DNA from: Pseudomonadota bacterium | GTDB taxonomy: Bacteria > Bdellovibrionota_B > Oligoflexia > Oligoflexales > CAIMVM01 | Assembly (NCBI GenBank): GCA_037142195.1 | Contig: JBAXBA010000047.1 | Location: 1 to 27,490 of the forward strand | Reading direction: 5' to 3' | Length of the DNA: 27,490 nt | Part shown: piece after piece, positions 16,781 through 24,771 of the stretch | Numbering within the stretch: the stretch's first letter is position 1 | Layout of the letters: each line of letters begins with the position of its first letter | Notes under the pieces: model-generated | The model's input: only the letters and a program-made list of their open reading frames with translations | The model's database searches: none | Told to the model about the DNA's origin: nothing | Translations under genes and position numbers: made by a program

Positions 16781-17377
16781 TTATAAGATGATAAGTCCAA
16801 ACGCAAGAGACCATTTTACAAGTTCATTTTGATTTTTAGCACCGATTTTGCTCATGATATTGGCTTTGTGAGCATCAATGGTTTTATCAGCTAAATTAAG
16901 AATTTTTGCCACTTTTTTAACGGAATATCCTTGGGCTAAAAGTATGCAAATCTCTTCTTCGCGCGGAGTTACAAAGGTAAGAGCGAGCCTAGAATCAAAG
17001 GATTTTTCGGGCATTTCCGCAACTTGTAAGAGAAGTTTAGAAAACGAATCTAAATTTTGAAGCTTTTCCCAAATGCCCTGTATCTGCAAGCTGGAGATGC
17101 ATTTAGAGATCGTTTCTGAAAAATTTCCGGAGATGAGGATCACTTTTAAGTTGGGGCGGGTTTTTCTAATTTTAGGAATAAAATTTAGGATATAACTTGA
17201 GTCAATATAAATGTCCAAAACTAAAATGTCCGCATCATTCGTTTCAAACCATCCCAGACAACCGTTCATTTCTAGAAATGTGGAAGCCACAACAAAGCCG
17301 TCTAAAGACTCAACTTGTTCCTTCAAGGCAGAAAGGATCACTTCATGATCATCAACAATAACAACTTTAGTGGTCAT
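16781..17377 (-). CDS. NarL/FixJ-family response regulator with divergent receiver
   Basis: IVDDHEVI; LVLDI; ILISG; VTPREEEI...KTIDAHKANIMSKIG. ATG 17377 or TTG 17386. Confidence 0.9.
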   Translation of the reverse strand: MTTKVVIVDDHEVILSALKEQVESLDGFVVASTFLEMNGCLGWFETNDADILVLDIYIDSSYILNFIPKIRKTRPNLKVILISGNFSETISKCISSLQIQGIWEKLQNLDSFSKLLLQVAEMPEKSFDSRLALTFVTPREEEICILLAQGYSVKKVAKILNLADKTIDAHKANIMSKIGAKNQNELVKWSLAFGLIIL

Positions 17378-17461
17378 AGCGCTCAAAAAAAGGAGTGCAC
17401 AAAAAATGCACTACTTTATTATACTTATAAAAAGCGATTCACGCATAAGGTCAATTACCCA

Positions 17462-18949
17462 CTAGCGCTTCTTTTTTGCTGTTTTCAAGGCATGTCTGAT
17501 GCCGTCAACTAGGACGTCAATCTCTGCCGAAGAAATGTCAAAAACGGGAGTGAATCTTAGAGAATTGATTCCCCCATGGATCACCCCAATGCCATTCTTT
17601 CGCATGACAGTTTCAATGCCATCCCAACCGACAACGTCAAAAATATCTCCGTTGATTTCACAAGAGACCAGAAGGCCAGTTCCTTGCACACCTGTGACAA
17701 CGCCAGGAAACTCAGACATGAGTCCTCGTAGTTTAGTCACAAACTCGCTACCTCGGTGACGAATGTTTAATCTAAGACCTTCGGTCATATTATCTAGAAC
17801 GGCGCAGGCAGTTTCAAGTGCTTTGGGGTTCGCAGTCATGGTGTTGCCGTAGATACCCTTAGCATAAAGAGCAGACACGCCTGGAGCCATGGCTAAGACG
17901 GAGAGGGGGTACTGACCGGCATTTAATGCTTTGGAGAAAGACTCCAAGTCGGGAGCCTCAAGGTTTTCAAAGCCTGGGTAGTCACAAATAGAAAGGTAGC
18001 CTTGAGCTCTGATTCCAGCTTGGATAGAATCCACAACGAGCAAAGTGCCCATTTTTTGGGTCAGCTCTCTAGCTGTTTTAAAGAACTCGGGAGTTGCAGC
18101 CAGTCCTGGATTACCTTCTCCCATTACCGGCTCCATGAACATCAATTCAAAAAACACCCCATTATGATTTGCTGTTTCAAATGCTTTTTTTAAGCCTTGA
18201 ACGTCATTAGGCTCTACGAGCACTAAGTTGTCTAATCCCTTAAAAGAAGCGAGGTTTTTTTCATAATTTCGTCGAGAGGAGTCACTCGCTTGAGCGGGGC
18301 GTTCGGTTCTTCCATGAAAGCCGCCCTTTAAGGCGAGAAACTTAATTTTCTTTCCTTCATGAATACCACCTTTTGAAGTCAATTTTTCAGCGTTTACATC
18401 AGAAATTCGCGTGGCGACGGTCATCGACTCGGAGCCTGAATTCATGGCGATAAAATGGCTATAAGGGTGCCTCAGTGCAGCAGAACGGCGTTGTCCTATT
18501 TCCGCCTGCATTTTCTCAACAAAACGGAGCTGGCTAAAGCTTGCAGTCATGATGTTCGCCATCACATGTTCTTTTGCCAACACTTTCAAGACAAATTCAG
18601 GGGAATGACCCGAGCCTAACATTCCGTATCCGCCGGCATCATAGATCACTGCCCCACAGGTTGTGACAATCCAAGGGCCTTTGGCGGATAAGGCGAGATA
18701 GGGGTTAATGGCATCGGCCGCATAGAAATTTACAAAATTCTTTTGAGTAAAGGTAATAAGCTCCTTTTCGGACATCTTAAAATGCGTGGGATAAAGTAAT
18801 TTCCATTCGGAGAAAGTTGCCTCTGCAGTTTTGATGGCATAGCCAAGTCTTGGATCAGACTCTAAAAACTGACGGATGGTTTCATCTGACAATCCAACTG
18901 TGAGCTTGTCTCCAGTTTCTTGGCGAATTCTTTGAAGAATCTCTAGCAT
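17462..18949 (-). CDS. Class III PLP aminotransferase, L-lysine 6-aminotransferase-like
   Basis: NSGSE, FHGRT, EPVMGEG, DSIQAG, PLP Lys in FSKAL, QGTGLL, LRFTP. Motifs FVNFYA, YDAGGYGMLG.GH, VMANIMT, YGNTMT and IHGG.NSLRFTP match my recollection of the Flavobacterium lutescens-type Lat. Confidence 0.85.
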   Translation of the reverse strand: MLEILQRIRQETGDKLTVGLSDETIRQFLESDPRLGYAIKTAEATFSEWKLLYPTHFKMSEKELITFTQKNFVNFYAADAINPYLALSAKGPWIVTTCGAVIYDAGGYGMLGSGHSPEFVLKVLAKEHVMANIMTASFSQLRFVEKMQAEIGQRRSAALRHPYSHFIAMNSGSESMTVATRISDVNAEKLTSKGGIHEGKKIKFLALKGGFHGRTERPAQASDSSRRNYEKNLASFKGLDNLVLVEPNDVQGLKKAFETANHNGVFFELMFMEPVMGEGNPGLAATPEFFKTARELTQKMGTLLVVDSIQAGIRAQGYLSICDYPGFENLEAPDLESFSKALNAGQYPLSVLAMAPGVSALYAKGIYGNTMTANPKALETACAVLDNMTEGLRLNIRHRGSEFVTKLRGLMSEFPGVVTGVQGTGLLVSCEINGDIFDVVGWDGIETVMRKNGIGVIHGGINSLRFTPVFDISSAEIDVLVDGIRHALKTAKKKR

Positions 18950-19138
18950 TTCGGCAGCCTTTATCGCATGAGAAGGGTTTTTCTATATACCTAACGAATC
19001 ACATGATTTACATCCTTAAATGTACTAGAAGCCAAGGTTGCTTCCAATAGCGTAATCCTGCCCAATGGGGCTTATTTTTTGGCAAAAAAGGAGCAAAATG
19101 CCAGATAAATTGCTATATCTGATGTTTCGGAGGGCAGA

Positions 19139-20626
19139 ATGCTTAAAACTATATCTGTAATGCATGCTGAAGACTTAAAGAAGCTAGAACGAAAAATGAA
19201 GACACAATTTGCCGTACCAGAAATCGCTCTTATGGAGTGTTCAGGGCTGCAAAGTGCTCTATTTATACAAAAACACTACCCAAAGGGAGATGTTTTTATA
19301 TTTTTAGGAAAGGGCGGAAATGCAGGTGATGCCATGTCAGCTGCAAGGCATCTCTTTGCTTTAGGTCGCGAGGTAAAGCTGATTTACTTAGAAGGGGAAG
19401 CTCTGTTTAACGATGCGACTCTTGTTATGTATGAATCTTTGAAGGCCTTAAATTTACCGAAAGTAAATGGGATAGATGCCAAAGAAGGAGTTATCATTGA
19501 CGCCGTTTTTGGCTCTGGCTTTAGAGGTCCCGTTTCAGAGCCGTATCTTAGTTTTTTTAAACAAATGAAGGAAAGCTCACTCGATATCATTTCCTTAGAC
19601 TTACCCAGTGGATGGGAGGCTGACTCATCGAAACTCATCGAGGGCGCCGTGCAAGCCACCCATACGTTAGTATTTGGGTATTACAGGTTATGCCATGTTT
19701 TGCAGCCCTCTCTATCCTTCATGGGACGGCTTCACCGAATGGAAATCGGCCATTTCCCTCCATCCGCAGCGGACTTTCCTAAGATCCAAGTTCTGGAAAG
19801 TGCAACGATGCCACAGCGCAAAGAAAGCGGGTATAAAAATAACTTTGGGCATGTTCTCATTATTGGCGGTTCAAATGGTATGATAGGTGCTCCGATCTTG
19901 GCAGGCATAGCAGCCTTACGCTCTGGCGCTGGCTTAGTTTCCGTCATGGTTCCCGAACTCGCATTAAGGTCTTCTAAACCAGCCTACCCACCGGAGCTCA
20001 TGTTACTAGGAGTGCCAGGGTCCCAGTTAAATTTTGGCATCTCGGACGTTTCTTTTGTCTTGGACTACATTCAAAAGCGAAAAATTACTAGCATGGCTAT
20101 TGGCATGGGTCTTGGTCAAGGAGATCAAATAGAATCTTTCCTTTCTGCGCTCCTAGAACAAACTGATATCCCCTTAGTCATCGATGCCGATGGATTGGCG
20201 GTATTTGAGAAGTGGAAAAAACCAACTCAGGGTCGTCCTATTATAGCGACACCCCATCCAGGTGAGTATGAAACCTATTTCCGAAAAGAAGGTGAATCTA
20301 TTGAACTTACGGCACTAACCCAAAAGGCCAAAGACCTAGGCATTCAAATTACATTCAAAAGCACAACTCCCATCGTTACTGACGGCGATCGGTCCTGGAT
20401 CATTCCCAATAGCTACTCCTCTCTCGCGAAAGCCGGGAGCGGCGATGTCTTAGCAGGAATTCTTGCAAGTTTCGTAGCGCAAGGTTTTGGGGATTCAGCC
20501 GCCCCCTTAGCTGTCTGGGTCCACAACCAAATTGGGCGAGAACTAAATCAACGAGGTGAGGCTTATGTTTGCACGGCATCGGATATTGCGCATCTCTCTC
20601 GTGATGTCATAAAAGGTATGAGATAG
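19139..20626 (+). CDS. nnr: Bifunctional NAD(P)H-hydrate repair enzyme (NnrE epimerase plus NnrD dehydratase, YjeF)
   Basis: LMECSG; GKGGNAGD; IIDAVFGSG; SLDLPSG; K.NFGHVLIIGGS.GM.GA; ALRSGAGLV; VIDADGL; TPHPGE; LAKAGSGDVLAG. Confidence 0.93.
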   Translation: MLKTISVMHAEDLKKLERKMKTQFAVPEIALMECSGLQSALFIQKHYPKGDVFIFLGKGGNAGDAMSAARHLFALGREVKLIYLEGEALFNDATLVMYESLKALNLPKVNGIDAKEGVIIDAVFGSGFRGPVSEPYLSFFKQMKESSLDIISLDLPSGWEADSSKLIEGAVQATHTLVFGYYRLCHVLQPSLSFMGRLHRMEIGHFPPSAADFPKIQVLESATMPQRKESGYKNNFGHVLIIGGSNGMIGAPILAGIAALRSGAGLVSVMVPELALRSSKPAYPPELMLLGVPGSQLNFGISDVSFVLDYIQKRKITSMAIGMGLGQGDQIESFLSALLEQTDIPLVIDADGLAVFEKWKKPTQGRPIIATPHPGEYETYFRKEGESIELTALTQKAKDLGIQITFKSTTPIVTDGDRSWIIPNSYSSLAKAGSGDVLAGILASFVAQGFGDSAAPLAVWVHNQIGRELNQRGEAYVCTASDIAHLSRDVIKGMR

Positions 20627-20802
20627 AGGTCGTTGCGGTATATCAATTTAGCTAGAAACACCAGATGTCGGCAAAAACAGACTTCCGCCACTGTCACATT
20701 TGACAACGGGTTAAGATCCCGTCGGGTAAGTGGCGAACACTCCTACCGAATCTTGTACAATCTCTGGAGGTAGATTTGCCCTTGTCCGGGGTCTATTTTA
20801 GC

Positions 20803-20838
20803 GCTACTATAGTAGCACTATAGCCCATTTTGTGGGCT
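20803..20838. promoter_or_regulatory. Palindromes upstream of the hipBA-type operon, candidate antitoxin operators
   Basis: Perfect 14-bp palindrome GCTACTATAGTAGC (20803-20816) and AGCCCA-N5-TGGGCT (20822-20838), just before the AAGGA RBS. Confidence 0.5.
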
Positions 20839-20849
20839 TAAGGAATACT

Positions 20850-21164
20850 ATGATGTTACTAATGTTGGAAGCGCCTTTCGAAAAGCAAGCGGCCATTGCT
20901 CGTAGGGCTCGCAGTTTACGTATTTCGCTCAACATCCAACAAAAAGAGCTTTCCGAAAAGAGTGGAGTGCCACTGCCCACTCTCCGAAAATTTGAACAAA
21001 CGGGTGTGATTTCCCTAAATGCCCTTATTCGGATCGCCATGGCCTTAGGTGCCCTAGGCGATTTCGATAGGATTTTCGAAGAACGGGAGATTCGAACGAT
21101 TGCCGAGTTAGAGGCGCGTGAGAATAGTCCGAAACGAAAGCGTGTTCGAAAGTCCCGCTTATGA
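20850..21164 (+). CDS. XRE-family HTH antitoxin (HipB-like)
   Basis: RARSLRISLNIQQKELSEKSGVPLPTLRKFEQTG.ISL HTH; basic tail; ATGA overlap with hipA; AAGGA RBS favours ATG 20850 or 20853. Confidence 0.85.
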   Translation: MMLLMLEAPFEKQAAIARRARSLRISLNIQQKELSEKSGVPLPTLRKFEQTGVISLNALIRIAMALGALGDFDRIFEEREIRTIAELEARENSPKRKRVRKSRL

Positions 21165-22426
21165 AGACGAAGGCAGGTATTTCGAAACTCGCAGTTTCTC
21201 TTCGCTGGTCGCCAGAGACCACAGTCTCAGTAGGGACGCTCTACCGGTCGTCGTCCACCGGAGCAATTTTGTTTGAGTACGATGAGGACTTCCTGAAGGC
21301 TAGAATTTCGCTTTCACCGTTTCATTTAGCGGCGATTTCGGGGGCGAGGCAAGCGAAAACTGATGATCGTCCTTTTTTTGGACTCCACGGTGTTTTTGCT
21401 GATTCGTTACCTGACGGATGGGGCCTGCTTGTCATGGCACAGACGATGCGGCGCATGGGCATGCGATATTACGAAACAACGGCACTCGACAAATTAGCCT
21501 TTATAGGTTCAAAAGCACTTGGAGCGCTCACTTATGAACCAGCTCTTGACCCTCCGAGTGAAGCATCATTCCGTCTTGATCTAACCACGCTCTCAGACGA
21601 TGCCTACCGAGTTTTGGAAGGTGCTAGCGATGAAGTTCTAAGCGAAATTCTTCTTGTCGGAGGATCTCCAGGCGGCGCACGTCCAAAGATACTTGCCGAA
21701 GTTAAAACAACTGAGCGATCAAATCATTACTATAAGGGGCCGATCATTTCAGGTCATACGGAGATGACTCGGGAAGGTTATGAACCATGGTTGATCAAAT
21801 TCGCTGTAAAAGAAGACGAAAATGATGCGGCCTTAACCGAGTTTCTATATGCGCAAACGGCAAGGCAACTTGGCATTGATGTAGAACCAACAGCTCTTTT
21901 CAATGACAACAAGGGGCGAACGTGGTTTGGCATGCGCAGGTTCGACAGGTTTCCAGGTAATCGCCGCCGTCATCTTCACTCGCTCGCCGGTCTCTTGCAC
22001 GCCGATTTTAGGATTCCTAGTCTCGACTATGAGGGGTTTTTGAAAGCAACTTACCTTTTAACGCAGTCACGAGTTGAAGCTGAAAAAGCTTACCGTTTGG
22101 CTCTCTTTAATGCAGTTTTTCACAATCGTGACGATCATGCTAAAAATTTTTCATTTCTTATGGATGAGGCTGGAGCTTGGAAGCTTTCTCCTGCCTATGA
22201 CCTCACTTGGTCTGCTGGCCCCGATGGTGAACACACAATGAGTTATATGGGCGAAGGGCGTAATCCCACGGATTCCCACTTTCTGGAGCTGGCGAAGCGA
22301 GTTGATATTTCCCCAAAAAGGGCTCTTCAAATCATAGATGCGGTTCGCAGTGGGATCCCTCTTCTTAAGAAAAACGCAAAAGAGATGGGTGTTAAGTCCA
22401 TTTTGGAAAAGTTTAGAGGTCAATAA
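21161..22426 (+). CDS. hipA: HipA-family Ser/Thr kinase toxin
   Basis: N-terminal VGTL...FEYD...FADSLPDGWG; GSPGGARPK; WLIKF; RFDR; NRDDHAKNFSF; LSPAYDL. Confidence 0.93.
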   Translation: MKTKAGISKLAVSLRWSPETTVSVGTLYRSSSTGAILFEYDEDFLKARISLSPFHLAAISGARQAKTDDRPFFGLHGVFADSLPDGWGLLVMAQTMRRMGMRYYETTALDKLAFIGSKALGALTYEPALDPPSEASFRLDLTTLSDDAYRVLEGASDEVLSEILLVGGSPGGARPKILAEVKTTERSNHYYKGPIISGHTEMTREGYEPWLIKFAVKEDENDAALTEFLYAQTARQLGIDVEPTALFNDNKGRTWFGMRRFDRFPGNRRRHLHSLAGLLHADFRIPSLDYEGFLKATYLLTQSRVEAEKAYRLALFNAVFHNRDDHAKNFSFLMDEAGAWKLSPAYDLTWSAGPDGEHTMSYMGEGRNPTDSHFLELAKRVDISPKRALQIIDAVRSGIPLLKKNAKEMGVKSILEKFRGQ

Positions 22427-22851
22427 AGGCAACTTGGCTGAATCTAAGGGCGTAGGGAGTGCGCCGAAAGTTGAAGAGAGCATGTCCCCAAAAAGAGAAC
22501 TCTCACCCTTATTACCCCACTTGAAAGAATCATTCAAAATTTTTGTACCTCTCCCATCCAGCAGTCAGGTCAAATATCAATTCCACGGACTAGGTTTAAA
22601 AACTATTGGGCCCGGTTTGTCGCAGTCAATTGTAGAACTTTAGATGTAATGTTTTCATAAAATTGGGCTGGGAGTTGAGATCGAAAGCGAGAGGCGGTGG
22701 AATAAGAAGGAAAAGAGGCAGAAATATCTTTCTAAAACCACATTAACGGTCGAAATATCATGTCTAAATATCTGATTATATTGTATTTAAAATGAATTAC
22801 TAGAGGTGCTGTTCTTGTCTGCCGATGAGAAGTTCTGAAGGTTGGGGAGTT

Positions 22852-23715
22852 ATGAATTCTAAATATAATCTGAAAAAAATCGCTGAAAACCATGAAAAAG
22901 TAACTTCTTTTTTGACTTACCAAGAGTATTTAGAAAGTCTTTACAATGAAGTTAAAACGAAAGTTAAGCCCTACTCGTGGATCGAATTTGCTAATGATTT
23001 AGGTTTTTCTAGGACTAACGTATTGCGACTATTTGTCAATAGCGAACGTCTTCTTACTTCAAAAGCGGCAGCTAAGATATCATCCGCGCTAGGATTTGTT
23101 GGGGCGGAGAAAAGATATTTTGAAAATCTCGTTAAATTTCAAAATTCAAAAAATATCCAGGAAAGAGACCAATATTTCATCAAAATGTTGGCAGAGAAAA
23201 ATAAGAAAAACTACGGCAATCTCGATGATCGTCAATCTAAATACTTATCAGAGTGGTACTTTCCAGTGCTTCGTGAAATTTATGCGAATGCGAATTCACT
23301 GCAAGATCCCGAAGCCATCAGGGATGCATTAAATTTTCCGCTACGGCTTGACACTATAAAGCTTGCTCTGGATCAGCTTCTTAAAATGGACTATCTGGTT
23401 AAAGACGATTCAGGAAAAATCAGCGTCAAAGCTTCCCTAGTAGAGACGCCAAAACATGTGGATTCACTCTCGGTTACGCGGTTTCATCAACAAATGATCG
23501 ACTTAGGCAAAGAGTCCCTTACAAGGGTAAAGGAAGATGAACGTTCCATTCAGGCTTTAACAGTAAGGCTCAATCCTCAGAATTTTGCTAAATTGGAGCA
23601 AAAACTAACCGACTTAATTTCAGAAACGTTAGCAGTAGAAGAGGCCACTGGGGGAGACATATATCAACTCAATGTGCAGCTCTTTCCATTCTTTAAACGG
23701 AGTGACAAACAATGA
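22852..23715 (+). CDS. TIGR02147-family protein (N-terminal HTH plus DUF4423-like C-terminus)
   Basis: YQEYL...YS..EFA.DLGF; YFENLVKF; WYFPVLRE; FHQQMIDLGKESL; IYQLNVQLFP; GGGAG RBS before ATG 22852. Confidence 0.85.
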   Translation: MNSKYNLKKIAENHEKVTSFLTYQEYLESLYNEVKTKVKPYSWIEFANDLGFSRTNVLRLFVNSERLLTSKAAAKISSALGFVGAEKRYFENLVKFQNSKNIQERDQYFIKMLAEKNKKNYGNLDDRQSKYLSEWYFPVLREIYANANSLQDPEAIRDALNFPLRLDTIKLALDQLLKMDYLVKDDSGKISVKASLVETPKHVDSLSVTRFHQQMIDLGKESLTRVKEDERSIQALTVRLNPQNFAKLEQKLTDLISETLAVEEATGGDIYQLNVQLFPFFKRSDKQ

Positions 23716-24683
23716 CCAGAAGATATGCATGGGTGTTGGTTCTAGCAGGATGCGGAACCTATGTTGGGAACCCTAAAAAAACAGACGGCGGATCGACAAC
23801 CAAAGAGTTCGCTCCGACTGAGATTGAGTTTTCGATACCAAGCGGAGTGGCAAGTTACGATGATGCATCGACCGCAGCATTAAACCTTTCTAGCCCAGGT
23901 GATGTTTCGGGATTTCGTCAGAATGCCAATGAGCAGATGAGACTCACCCAAGCTGGTGTGGAGTTCTTAAAAGCCATAAAAAAGACAAATCGAATTATCA
24001 GAAAATTATCTACTGAAGAAAAGATAAGATCAGAGGGGAAAACATCAAGGGCCTTCGAATCCGGTAAAATTTCAGTCGAATATAGGTCCCTTTCTAGCGA
24101 TGGATATACGGCTTCGATGCATGTTTGCTTTGACGGTAATAGCCTTCTCTATATGCGCTGGAATGATAAAGGAAAGAAAGAAATCTATCATAATGGATCC
24201 CCAAAGCTGCTCAACCGATCCTCTGAGAACATCATTTCTAAAATTACTGTAGATCCAGACACCGCAGGGGGTACTATCCGCGTGGAAAATTCTGGAGAAA
24301 CCGATGACAATTTTGAGTCTGTTCGATCATTTAGATCGTCGACTACAATGTTTAAAGGAGGTGACTACAGGTACCTTTCGTACTCCAAATCTGTATCTTC
24401 TGATGATAAGATCTTTTTGCCAGCGCGCTATCTTCTTTCCAAGTTTGATGAAAACTCTGCTGGATCCTATGTCTTTTGGGAGAGGCTGTGTCGAGGAAGC
24501 CATGCCGAACCTGTAGACGGCAGTGGCGGTTGGTGCAAGGGCGGCAGTCTTTCGGCTGGCAATAGCTTTGAAACCGATGGGGAGCGAAACAGCACAGCAC
24601 AAGAAATCATCACCCAAGGTGTTTCATGGGCTCCAGCCAGCAGTCTAAGCTCCATCGTTTTCCCAGTAAATTGTGGAAATTGA
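23712..24683 (+). CDS. Hypothetical lipoprotein translationally coupled to the TIGR02147 gene
   Basis: Lipobox LAGC followed by GTYVGNP; ATGA overlap at 23712-23715. Confidence 0.85.
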   Translation: MTRRYAWVLVLAGCGTYVGNPKKTDGGSTTKEFAPTEIEFSIPSGVASYDDASTAALNLSSPGDVSGFRQNANEQMRLTQAGVEFLKAIKKTNRIIRKLSTEEKIRSEGKTSRAFESGKISVEYRSLSSDGYTASMHVCFDGNSLLYMRWNDKGKKEIYHNGSPKLLNRSSENIISKITVDPDTAGGTIRVENSGETDDNFESVRSFRSSTTMFKGGDYRYLSYSKSVSSDDKIFLPARYLLSKFDENSAGSYVFWERLCRGSHAEPVDGSGGWCKGGSLSAGNSFETDGERNSTAQEIITQGVSWAPASSLSSIVFPVNCGN

Positions 24684-24771
24684 GTCTTCGCTTTCAGGCG
24701 TCGATTTTTCTTTAGATAGGCCCACCCCTCTGGTATTTTAGGATTCATCTAGTTTCCGGGGGGAAGTTTTA

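Noticed and set aside
22151..22643. ORFs overlapping the hipA 3' end as a third TA component
   Set aside because: They overlap hipA extensively and have no recognisable domain or RBS.
22722..22772. Three AAATATC direct repeats upstream of TIGR02147
   Set aside because: Irregular spacing (31 and 13 nt) in AT-rich DNA; compatible with chance.
24684..24771. SAM or cobalamin riboswitch upstream of metH
   Set aside because: Gap is only 88 nt and lacks the conserved cores of SAM-I, SAM-II or B12 elements.
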